Source: Octopus sinensis (taxonomy: Eukaryota). Taken from it: a stretch of DNA of 27,737 bases. Position numbers and translations under genes: made by a program. Positions 1 through 10,171 of this stretch are shown here, piece after piece (within the stretch, counting starts at the first letter, position 1; each line of letters opens with the position of its first letter). The notes beneath the pieces are model-generated. The model worked only from the letters and a program-made list of their open reading frames with translations, did no database searches and was not told the DNA's origin. The DNA is taken from assembly GCF_006345805.1 (NCBI RefSeq), contig NW_021836979.1:1-27737 (forward strand). The letters are read 5' to 3'.

Positions 1-57
1 AATTTTTAGTTTATAATTCAAAGTGAATCTCAAACTTTCAATGTTTTTTTTTATTGT

Positions 58-200
58 AGGAGAGTTAATCGGAAAGCAAAAGAAAACTAAAAAAGTAAGC
101 AATGATTTTGGGGAACTTGGCAAGGTTCATAAGAATTTGGCAAGGAAACTAACCGTGGTTGTTGTAGGTTCTTTAGATCTTGAACGAATACCTTGAATAT
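58..200 (+). mobile_element. Possible decayed fragment of the C-terminal restriction-like endonuclease (RLE) region of an R4/NeSL/CRE-type non-LTR retrotransposon
   Basis: Manual translation gives ELIGKQKKTKKV..FGELGKVHKNLARKLTVVVVGSL. This resembles the KTKVVPIVIGALGTVPKNLE motif I recall from RLE-LINE C-termini. Similarity judged by eye; heavily degenerate. Confidence 0.35.
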
Positions 201-230
201 ACATTTAATCCAAGAAGACCGCCGTGAGAG

Positions 231-233
<3 letters not shown>

Positions 234-275
<42 letters not shown>

Positions 276-422
276 TGTGTGTGTATGTATTTAGTGTGTG
301 TGTGTAGTGTGTGAGTCTGTTTGGGAGCATATATGTGTGTGTCAGTCTACATATGTATCTTATAATAATATATATATATATTATATATGAATAGCTATAA
401 GTATTGCATATAATATATATAA

Positions 423-457
<35 letters not shown>

Positions 458-561
458 CATATTATATATATATATAAATATATACATACACACGTACGTA
501 TATGTAACTATACACACAGATATATATGGTGTGTGTGTGTATTTATATATAACATACATAC

Positions 562-609
<48 letters not shown>

Positions 610-614
610 ATATA

Positions 615-645
<31 letters not shown>

Positions 646-660
646 AATATGTATATATTT
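234..660. repeat. Compound (TG)n / (TA)n / (CA)n microsatellite cluster
   Basis: (TG)n at 234-284, followed by interrupted (TA)n and (CA)n tracts to about 660. Confidence 0.95.
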
Positions 661-925
661 ATATACTGATATGATTGATATGTGCATACACTCACTGATA
701 CGTGTACATCCAAAACTATAGATGTATGCATACATTTGAGAACTACATACTAGTAACGTCTAAGAAAAAACAAAAAGGTAGTCTGAAATTTTCAAAGAGA
801 ACGTATGTGTAGATTATGTTGAGTACTTCGTATAAGGTGTTTCAATAAAACCGACGATTACTGTTAGAAGAAAAACCATGTCAAATGAAGAATAGAGATA
901 TTTTGGAAAAGAATTATCATTATTA

Positions 926-1331
926 GGAGTGGCTGTGTGGTAAGTAGCTTGCTTACGAACCATATTGTTCCGGATTCAGTCCCACTGCACGGCACCTATA
1001 AGCCTCGGGCCGACCAAAGCCTTGTGAGTGGATTTGGTAGACGGAAACTGAAAGAAGCCCGTCGTATATATGTATATATATATATATATATTTGTGTGCG
1101 CGCGTGTGTGTGTTTATGTGTCTGTGTTTGTCCTCCCAACATCGCTTGACAACCGATACTGGTGTGTTTACGTCCCCGTAACTTAGCGGTTCGGCAAAAT
1201 GAGACCGATAAAAAAGTACTAGACTTATATAGAATAAGTCCTGGGTTCCTGGGGTCAATTTGCTCGACTAAAGGCGGTTCTCCAGCATGGCCACAGTCAA
1301 ATGACTGAAACAAGTAAAAAGAGTAAAAGAG
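926..1331 (+). mobile_element. SINE family A copy A1 (tRNA-like head, internal microsatellite)
   Basis: Head GGAGTGGCTGTGTGGTAAG (A-box-like) and GATTCAGTCCC (B-box-like), internal (TA)n(TG)n, 3' end ATGACTGAAACAAGTAAAAAGAGTAAAAGAG. Homologous to at least six other copies in the window. Lacks the TTGGGCAAGTGTCTTCTAC segment found in other copies. Confidence 0.9.
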
Positions 1332-1648
1332 ATGAATGAAAGTAGATGCAAACAATTGAAAGTGGTTAGGATTTACTTCATTCTGGTAGATTAGAAAAGG
1401 AAAAGAGTTTGCTCGAATAGGGTTTTATCTAGCGGCGGATATTTGTTGATAAACGACTGAACTGAAATACTGATATAGTGGTAATTACTTTTTGAAGGAC
1501 TTCCAAGTGTTTTGTAATCATTAGATATTCGTATCAGTAAGGACATGGTGACGTTGATATACATTGACTGGAATACTTTGTAAGAAAATCATGCACGAGA
1601 GGAAGCAGCATGAGGGTTCTCAGTGGAGCCGGTTGGATATAAAAGCCG

Positions 1649-2120
1649 TAAGGCGGCGAGCTGGCAGAAACGTTAGCACGCCGGGCGAAGTGCTTAGCCG
1701 TATTTCGTCTGCCGCTACGTTCTGAGTTCAAATTCTGCCGAGGTCGACTTCGCCTTTCATCCTTTCGGGGTCGATTAAATAAGTACCAATTTCTTTACTG
1801 CCCACAAGGAGCTACATACAGAGGGGACAAACAAGGACAGACACACGGATTAAGTCGATTATATCGACCCCAGTGCGTAACTGGTACTTATTTAATCGAC
1901 CCCGAAAGGATGAAAGGCAAAGTCGACCTCGGCGGAATTTGAACTCAGAACGTAGCGGCAGACGTTTCTGGCTCACTAACGTTTCTACCAGCTCGCCGCC
2001 TTAAATAAGGCGATTAAATAAGTACCAGTTACGCTCTGGGGTCGATATAATCGACTTAATCCGTTTGACTGTCCTTGTTTGTCCTCTCTGTGTTTAGCTC
2101 CTTGTGGGTAATAAAGAAAT
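1649..2120 (+). mobile_element. SINE family B copy B1, interrupted by antisense copy B2
   Basis: Starts TAAGGCGGCGAGCTGGCAGAAACG, breaks at 1788, resumes at 2011 and ends GTAATAAAGAAAT. The B box GAGTTCAAATTC is present. Confidence 0.9.
1789..2010 (-). mobile_element. SINE family B copy B2, nested antisense inside B1
   Basis: Reverse complement of family B, flanked by a perfect 17-bp direct repeat CGATTAAATAAGTACCA (1772-1788 and 2011-2027). Confidence 0.9.
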
Positions 2121-2137
2121 TGGTAGAATATAAGCCG

Positions 2138-2551
2138 TAAGGCGGCGAGTTGGCAGAAACGTTAGCACGCCGGGCGAAATGCTTAGCAGTATTTCGTCTG
2201 CCGCTACGTTCTGAGTTCAAATTCTGTCGAGGTCGACTTTACCTTTCATCCTTTCGGGGTCGATTAAATAAGTGCCAGTTACGCACCGGGGTCGATATAA
2301 TCGACTTAATCCGTTTTTCTGTCCTTGCTTGTCCTCTCTGTGTTTAGCCTCTTGTGGGTAGTAAAGAAATAGGTATTTCGTCTGCCGTTACGTTCTGAGT
2401 TCAAATTCCGCCGAGGTCGACTTTGCCTTTCATCCTTTCGGGGTCGATTAAATAAGTGCCAGTTACGCACTGGGGTCGATATAATCGACTTAATCCGTTT
2501 GTCCTCTCTGTGTTTAGCCCCCCCCCCCTCCTTGTGGGTAGTAAAGAAATA
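2138..2551 (+). mobile_element. SINE family B copy B3 (head plus two body units)
   Basis: Full unit 2138-2371, then a second headless unit 2372-2551. Flanked by a perfect 16-bp direct repeat GGTAGAATATAAGCCG (2122-2137 and 2552-2567). Confidence 0.9.
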
Positions 2552-3284
2552 GGTAGAATATAAGCCGCCTATGGCGTCCTTTGAGTTTGACGAGCCCCAA
2601 CCTCATACAGTCTTATGCAACAAACCGACAAGTACCGTCGTCATAAAATCGTTGCCCCTCCCTAAGCTACGCTATTACAGATTCTCTAACTGGCTCCGAT
2701 TGGTGATGGACTGTTCATTAAGCAGAGGAAATAAAAGCTGTCATCATTAGCAGAGAACAAACCATCACCTGCGAAGGAATATGGTTTAGTAACTATATTC
2801 CATGTGACGCTAATTGTTTCAGGTGCCTCTCTCTAGTTACGAGCAGACACAAACAGCTTGTCAAACATCCTACCCTTTCACTTAGAAGCATATCTAGGGC
2901 GAGACATCTGGAGGCAGAGAGGCCTTCATCAAAACACGGCTCGTACTCATTTTCAGCTTGCTAAAAAGGTGGAATTTCGAATGCATTACGGATATAAAAG
3001 ACAAGTGGGGTAATGAACAAGAGAAGAAGTAAAGTACGAGCCCTCGATAATTTTAAGGAAGTTTAAACGTAAATTACCGCTCTATACTTGCTGCATATCA
3101 CAGCAGGCGGAGGCATCCATTGTGACTCCTTCGACGAAAGATTCTTTGCATTCTAATTGGAATATTGTTCAGAGAATTGACGTAACTAATTGGGGAAACC
3201 CGAAGCAGAAATTTCACCTGTCCCGAAAACTTAATTAAAATACGTAATATATCTATCTTTTATTACTTTCAACACCACACACAC

Positions 3285-3324
3285 AGATAGACACAAACAT
3301 ACACACACACCTATGTATAAATAT

Positions 3325-3360
<36 letters not shown>

Positions 3361-3363
3361 AAT

Positions 3364-3408
<45 letters not shown>

Positions 3409-3420
3409 TATATATATATT
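3285..3420. repeat. (CA)n/(TA)n microsatellite
   Basis: Seen directly in the sequence. Confidence 0.95.
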
Positions 3421-3430
3421 TAGGCTAGTA

Positions 3431-3586
3431 GTGGTGTGTGTGTGGTAAGTAGCTTGCTTACCAACCACATAGTTCCGGTTCAGTTCCACTGCGTGGAACC
3501 TTGCGAAAGTGTCTTCTACTATAGCCTTGGACCGACCAAAGCCTTCTGAGTGGATTTGGTAGATGGAAACTGAAAGAAGCCCGTCG

Positions 3587-3645
<59 letters not shown>

Positions 3646-3867
3646 TGTGTGTGTGTATGTGTGTGGTTGTGTGTCTGTGTTTGTCACCACCAACATCGCT
3701 TGACAACCGATGCTGGTGTATTTACGTTCGGCAAAAGAGACCGATAGAATATGTACTAGGCTTACAAAGAATAAGTCCTGGGGTCGACTTGCTCGACTAA
3801 AGGCGGTGCTCCAACATGGCCACATTCACATGACTTAAACAAGTATAAGAGTAAAAGGGTAAAAGAG
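3431..3867 (+). mobile_element. SINE family A copy A2
   Basis: Aligns with A1 and A3 along its length. Long internal (TG)n at about 3598-3675 and a small deletion after TTTACG. Confidence 0.9.
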
Positions 3868-3878
3868 TATATTAATGT

Positions 3879-4138
3879 GAAGGCGCGCGGCTGAAAGATT
3901 AGGGTATTCGGCTCATGATCGTAATGTCGTGAGTTCAATACCTAGCGGCGCGGTGTGTCGTTGAACACATTCAGCTTCAAAAAATTAGTAATACCTCAAT
4001 ATTAAAAGGGCCAGCATTGTCACACTTTGTGTTACGTTAAGGGTACACGTATGTCTGTGGAGTGCTCAGCCACTTGCACGTTAATATCATGAGCAGGCTG
4101 TTCCGTTGATCGGATGAACGTAACCGACGGTATGCCAG
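3879..4138 (+). mobile_element. tRNA-headed SINE, family E (single decayed copy)
   Basis: Head GAAGGCGCGCGGCTGAAAGATTAGGG...GAGTTCAATACC resembles the heads of families C and D. It is followed by a shortened GTGTCGTTGA..CACATTCAGCT..AAAAATTAGTA segment resembling the family C central domain, then a distinct tail. Confidence 0.65.
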
Positions 4139-4179
4139 TATGTATGAATATATGCATATGATGAAGAAAAGAGGAAATA

Positions 4180-4231
4180 GAGAGAGAGAGATGTGTGTGT
4201 GTTGGTGTGGTGTGGTGGTGTATTATATATA

Positions 4232-4269
<38 letters not shown>

Positions 4270-4350
4270 TATATTATATATATGTGTGTGTGTGTATTTA
4301 TTATATGTATATACATATATATATATGTATATATAATATATATGTATATA

Positions 4351-4384
<34 letters not shown>

Positions 4385-4400
4385 GTATATGTATATGTGT
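4180..4400. repeat. Compound (GA)n/(TG)n/(TA)n/(TATG)n microsatellite
   Basis: Seen directly in the sequence. Confidence 0.9.
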
Positions 4401-4588
4401 CTTTATTAGCCACACAAGGCTGAAACACAGAGGGGACAATACAAAGTAGAGTTTTTCTTTTGAGAAGAAAACAAAGGAGGGGTAGGTTTTCGATCAAAAG
4501 GGATTGTAAAAAAATCACACACACACATTATATATAAATAGCTATCTTAATGTGAAACTTAATAGGATGTTGGATCAGAACGCCATAT

Positions 4589-4590
<2 letters not shown>

Positions 4591-4681
<91 letters not shown>
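4591..4681. repeat. Pure (TA)n tract, about 45 units
   Basis: Uninterrupted TA repeat. Confidence 0.97.
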
Positions 4682-4686
<5 letters not shown>

Positions 4687-5199
4687 TAGAAAACCACTTC
4701 TTCCATGGATGGATGGTGCATAAAAGCACACATTTATTTCACTGGCAGACGAGAATCTTCTGCTACGGGCGTCGAACCTGCCAGATCACGTGATGTCAGC
4801 GTGCCTCGACTCTTCAGTGACAGACATCCGCTGCCGCTACCACCCAAATATCATTGGTATATATATCAATTATATATGCCGAAGGTATATATAATTCCAG
4901 TGACTTTACAGGCACTGATGCCGCAAATAACCAGCAGGCTTATTACAAAATTATTATTACTGACAGAAGTAGCATCAATATAAAAAGGCAATCGTTATAG
5001 CCAACTTAACGTAGATATTATGTTAGAACACCGAATACTGCAGAATATACCTTGAGAAAACCTTTCATAATTACAGAGTATTCAGCGTTTTAACATAACA
5101 TCCACGTTTAGTTGGATATAATGATTGCCCTTTGGTATTTATATTGCCGCTGTCGCTAATAATTATTTACACATAGGTATGTGTATGTATACCGTTATG

Positions 5200-5283
5200 T
5201 GTATAGATGTATGTATGCATGTGTTTGTATGTATGTATGTATGTATGTATGTATGTATGTATATATGTATGTATGTATGTATA
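5200..5283. repeat. (TATG)n tetranucleotide microsatellite
   Basis: Seen directly in the sequence. Confidence 0.9.
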
Positions 5284-5808
5284 TCAAAGAAAAATTAAAA
5301 AATTGCAAAGGAGCTCCTGACACAATTTCTTATCACCTCTGCCATTCATGTAACACTTAACAACACTTAAAAATAAAATTTTCTTAGATACATAGTCTTT
5401 TAAATGTCCTCCTTTTTGCTTGGTAATTTGTTTATATCGTCCCTTCAGATATTTATGTCGCCGTCTTTTGTTGCTTTCGATTTTAGTTGTTGTTGTTGAT
5501 GCTGCTGCTCCTGCTACTGCTGTTGTTGTTATTGTTTACACTATGTCAGTCATCATCGAACAAACATACGATGAAAGCTTTTCACCGCTTTACCGCCTCG
5601 TCTTTTTGTAAATCTAATGTGGCATTTATCTAATATACTCCACCTTACTTCAAACAGTACGGTACTGTTTTATCATGAATTAGCTGCTATTTCTGGAAAC
5701 TTAACAGATCGCGTGCAATAAACGCAATTTCATTGGGTCGAGACTTTTTCCTTTGAAGACATAAATAATACGGATTGGGAGGATCTGCCTGCTATAATTA
5801 GCGATTTA

Positions 5809-6680
5809 CAGAGTGTTCGGGCTAAATTTGTCGGTTTTCATTAAAGAAAACGAAAACACAGTGACCCATCCAAAAATAAAGTATTTTAAAAAATCAAAAT
5901 CAAAATGGCTGAGTGATAACAGTTTTATCAGAGTAGCTGCCCTAAATTTTCATCATAGCCTCAGAACGGTTCAGAAACCTAGTGTATGCATTTCTCATTA
6001 CGTTTCTGGGAAAATCCTTGAACACCTCGATCTTGGATACTAGCTCGGCCTTGGTGTTGCTGGTAGAGAGGTTGCTGTCTTTCGCAACCACGCCCTATAT
6101 ATAATATACCATACGACTACAATCGAGGGAATTAGAAGGCCAGAAACTGGGACACGGGAAGTTGTACACATTTTTAGATAACCACTTCTGACTCTTTCCT
6201 AATGTAGGGCAAAGAACCGAATCCTGCCTCCACACATATAGCCTGCGGACAACAACCTATCCAGCCAAAGATAGACCACATTCTGCACCAGATTCACTCA
6301 GCCATTTGAATTGAGCTTAAGGTCCCGTTCAAATATTTGGGGAAGCATAGCGTCTCCCCCATTTGAGATACATCCAAAGACCATCGCAGTTTGGTGGGGA
6401 TTTGGTTTTCATGATATTCGTGTCACGTCTTACGGCCTTTTCAAAGTCCAGGGTGCATTGAACAACAGTCATTATGTCGGCATTTTTAGAAATGGCGTGA
6501 ATCAACATGATGCAGGTAACTCTTTTCCGATATTCCAATTCCCCATATCAGGAGACTTTTCTGAGATATATAGCTTTAGTCTCAATCTCTCCAATACCGT
6601 TGACTGTTCACCATTACACCAAGTTGTTCCTGACAAAAAGGACACCAAACTAATCATCAAAATTTAGGCCGAAAAATCTG
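5809..6680 (-). mobile_element. Non-autonomous Tc1/mariner-superfamily DNA transposon, maT (DD37D) type, internally deleted transposase pseudogene
   Basis: 21-bp TIRs CAGAGTGTTCGGGCTAAATTT (5809-5829) and CAGATTTTTCGGCCTAAATTT (reverse complement of 6660-6680), 18/21 identical, with TA on both flanks (5807-5808, 6681-6682). The minus strand, with frameshifts, reads MEYRKRVTCIMLIHA..VRRD / IMKTKSP / TAMVFGCISNGGDAMLPQIFE / YVWRQDSVLCPTLGKSQKWLSKNVYNFPCPSFWPSNSLDCSRMVYY. There are exactly 37 codons between the QD Asp (6221-6223) and the expected third Asp position (6107-6109, now Val). Confidence 0.9.
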
Positions 6681-6891
6681 TATATGGGAAGGGTGAAGCT
6701 GCACTTGCAGAATTGTGCTGTGTAACGTAGTTACCATTCCCGATTCATCAATTTCGCTTAAGTCTTAACTTTTACCTTTCTACGCGGCACATCATATACG
6801 AACTCACTATCTTCCGCTATGGCTTTCTGAAGTAAATATGTTGTAAATACACAGTCTTCGGTAAATTTATAGATTGTATTTCATCTCTTAA

Positions 6892-6894
<3 letters not shown>

Positions 6895-6930
<36 letters not shown>

Positions 6931-7482
6931 TTTTGTTCTCATCACCATGTATGTATGTAATGTATGTATGTATGTATGTTGTTGTATGTAATATATATAT
7001 ATAGCTATATATATATATATCATATATATATTATATGTATGTATGTATGTATATCTCTTGTGTGCGTGCATTCATTCTAAAATGATGCTTAATTAAACTT
7101 TGGAAATATGTTGTTTTCTTCCTTGTACAGTGATATATATATTATATATATATAAAAGAAAATAGAGAGGAATGTGTGTGTGTTGTGTGCGTGTGTGTGT
7201 GTGTGTGCGTGTGTGTGTGTGTGTGCGTGTGTGTGTGTGTGTATCTATTCTCCGTGAAGATAAAAACCAAGTTACTGTCTGGTACTATATAAATTTCTTC
7301 ATGACTGGTAATTGCTCTTTAGTCTTGGCAAACTAATAGATGAGTCTCTAATGAAAAGTCTCAATATACACACGCACAAACACACATAGACACACGTACG
7401 CACTCACACGCATATATATATATATATATTATATATATATATATATAATATATATATACATGCATATGCGTGTGTATGTAAG

Positions 7483-7522
<40 letters not shown>

Positions 7523-7560
7523 GGGGGTAGAGAGAGAGAGAGAGAAAGGGTGTGTGTGTG
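6895..7560. repeat. Cluster of (CT)n, (TATG)n, (TA)n, (TG)n, (CA)n and (GA)n microsatellites
   Basis: Several simple-repeat tracts separated by short unique stretches. Confidence 0.85.
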
Positions 7561-8045
7561 TTAGGTGTGATGTACAGAAATTGGATATTGAGAAAAAAAC
7601 GTCGTCAGAATTTTGGGAAAATGAAAAACTGCAAAAACTATGGAAAGAAAATACAAAACAGGAAGAAGAAGAATCCATAAAAATGTGGGGAAAACAACAA
7701 GAGTTGAAAAAAAACTATGGAGAAAAATCCATTATGAAAACGAAACCACAACAGCAAAGAAATACAAGGAAATCGAAAACAAATATAGACACCAACTCCA
7801 GAGGAACCGGTCTAAGATATCGAACCTCTAATTTACCCAAGAACTCCACAGTCACAACAAACATATTTTACAAAAAAAAGAACTGACACACACCATTACT
7901 TGTCAAAAGAAACATCTCATACAGCATGGCAAGATGTATTTGTGCTATAGTGACTAACCCCAAAATACGTGAAATCCGACTCAACAAACTCAAAGGCTTC
8001 CTCAAAATGCACCTCCGCCCCGCAAAAATCAATGTTCGCTTCTTC
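7560..8045 (+). mobile_element. Decayed, internally deleted Penelope-like retroelement (RT C-terminal/thumb remnant)
   Basis: Across frameshifts it reads LDI...TTNIFYKK / TDTHHYL (from 7882) / KRNISYSMARCICAIVTNPKIREIRLNKLKGFLKM (7905-8009). This matches the TDIYYKPTD.HQYL..S.HP.H.KRNIPYSLARRI pattern I recall for PLE RTs. No YVDD or GIY-YIG segment is visible. Confidence 0.75.
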
Positions 8046-8196
8046 TAAACAAAACTCCCCCAAAAATCTATTTTATATAAATGAACAAGCTGTTTGTACA
8101 AGTTCGAGATAGCGCTAATAATAATGAAGAAATAAAAAGAATTTTTCACAAAATTCTGACGGCATTTTGTCTCAATATATATTTATATATATATAT

Positions 8197-8356
8197 GTAG
8201 TGGCTGTGTGGTAAATAGCTTGCTTACCAACCACATGGTTCCGGGTTCAGTCCTGCTGCGTGGTACTTTGGGCAAGTGTCTTCTACTATAGCCTCAGGCC
8301 GACTAAAGCCTTGTGAGTGGATTTGGTAGCCGGAAACTGAAAGAAGCCCGTCGTCG

Positions 8357-8422
<66 letters not shown>

Positions 8423-8650
8423 TGTGTGATTGTGTGTCTGTGTTTATCCCCCCAACATCGCTTGACAACCGATGCTGGTTTGTTTACGTCCCCGTAACTT
8501 AGCGGTTCGGCAAAAAAGACCGATGGAATAAGTACTAGGCTTACAAAGAATAAGTCCCGGGGGGTCGATTTCCTTGACTAAAGGCGGTGCTCCAGCATGG
8601 CCGCAGTCAAATGACTGAAACAAGTAAAAGAGTAAAAGAGTAAAGAGTAA
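8197..8650 (+). mobile_element. SINE family A copy A3 (near full length)
   Basis: Complete head, internal (TA)n(TG)n, and (GAGTAAAA)-like tail. Confidence 0.92.
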
Positions 8651-9161
8651 ATAAATATATATTGCATATGTGTGTCTGTCTGTCTGTGCGCAGCATAGTG
8701 TTGTAGAAATATCAAGCTTGTCGGAGCGTATCGTAAGATCACTTGCTGGCGGAAGACGTCGAAAATTGAACGCCAGCTGACTCTTAGATATGGTTTTCTT
8801 ACTGGGAAAGCGTTGGAGAAATCTTTCCAAAATCGCATAACACCTGCAGATGAAACAGTTTCCATGGAACCTACTCTTGGTTATCGCTGGATAGTTAACT
8901 GTGACCACTTAAGGAGTTTGTATGAGTGGTGTATAAGTGACTTCCTTATAATTCAATGATATACAGATGTGTCAACTCTTTAACTTTTGGCTTTAACAAT
9001 GACTTATGAGACAGTTATAATAAGGCAACTTAAGGTAAGCATCGAAATGTATGTCAGTGTGTATGTGTGCTCGTGTTTGCGTGTACACACACATACGCAC
9101 TGTCACATACAGTCACACACCCATACGCATACATGCGATAATCCGTTCTACTGTGTTTTGT

Positions 9162-9470
9162 GTGGAGACACATGGCCTAGTGGTTAGAGCAGCGGACTCG
9201 CGGTCGAGGGATCGCGGGTTCGAATCTCAGACCGGGCGATGTGTGTGCTTATGAGCGAAACACCTAAGTTCCACGCGGCTCCGGCAGAAGGTAATGGCGA
9301 ACTTCTGCTGACTCTTTCGACACAATTTTCTCTCACTCTTTCTTCCTGCATCTTGCAGCTCACCTGCGATGAACCGGCGTCCCGTCCAGGTGGGGAACCT
9401 CTAATCCAAGGAAACCGGGAAACCAGCCCTTATGAGCCAGGCATGGCTCGAGAAGGAACAAACAATAAAT
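9162..9470 (+). mobile_element. tRNA-derived SINE family D copy D1
   Basis: A box TGGCCTAGTGGTTAG and B box GGTTCGAATCTC, A-rich tail. Homologous to the antisense copy at 12113-12424. Confidence 0.85.
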
Positions 9471-9697
9471 TGTGTTTCTGTACACCAAATTTTATTCCCA
9501 GGCTATTTATTGGTTTCTGTCATTAGCCCGCACTCATGTTGAGGTCCATCTTCAGAGGTTTATTGTGGATCGTACATGGACACCAGTCCGTATTTTAATC
9601 GGGTTTATAATCTATCAAGCTGTATTTATCGATTGGCTAAGTCACCCTTTGATGCCTTATATCGTCTTACATCTGTGTATACACTCACACACGCACG

Positions 9698-9734
<37 letters not shown>

Positions 9735-10171
9735 TTATACAAACATTCATTCACATACACACAAATCTCTCAATAAGCTCTCCGCTAATCACTTTGTTCC
9801 AATTATTCTTAATGGCTATTTAATAGTCAATATATGGATACGTTGTTTAAATCATTGTTAATGAGACTGCATGGTATATACGGAAAAAGGTGTTTTCAGT
9901 ATACAGCTACTGGCTCTTTTAATCTTCCCAATCCAGTTCTAGCTATCTTATCTTCATCCACTTCTCAGTTCATCCACTCTTGATCAACTCATATCACCCA
10001 TCCCGCTCCCCCACCATTCACTTTATACATTGTCCCCATCCATCCTTTTCTTCAAACTGTTTATCATTTACAAGCTTACTGATAAAATTACAACACCTGT
10101 TACTATCTCTCTCCCTCTCCTTTTCTCTCTCTCCCTCTCCTTTGCTCTCTCTCTCTCCCTCTCTCATTCTC

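Noticed and set aside
60-94. 35-nt candidate exon (TTATTGTAG acceptor, GTAAGC donor)
   Set aside because: It overlaps the probable RLE-LINE remnant and has no supporting partner exon.
1637-1646. TATAAAAG TATA-box-like motif
   Set aside because: It is an isolated short motif in AT-rich DNA, part of a SINE target site, with no downstream gene evidence.
1640-2570. CRISPR-like or satellite array suggested by recurring ~30-bp words
   Set aside because: The repeats are parts of 180-230-bp SINE units in both orientations. There are no unique regularly sized spacers, no cas genes, and the context is eukaryotic.
8712-8958. Roughly 80-codon stop-free frame (RNIKLVGAYRKITCWRK...)
   Set aside because: No recognisable motif and only weak splice sites; a frame this long can occur by chance.
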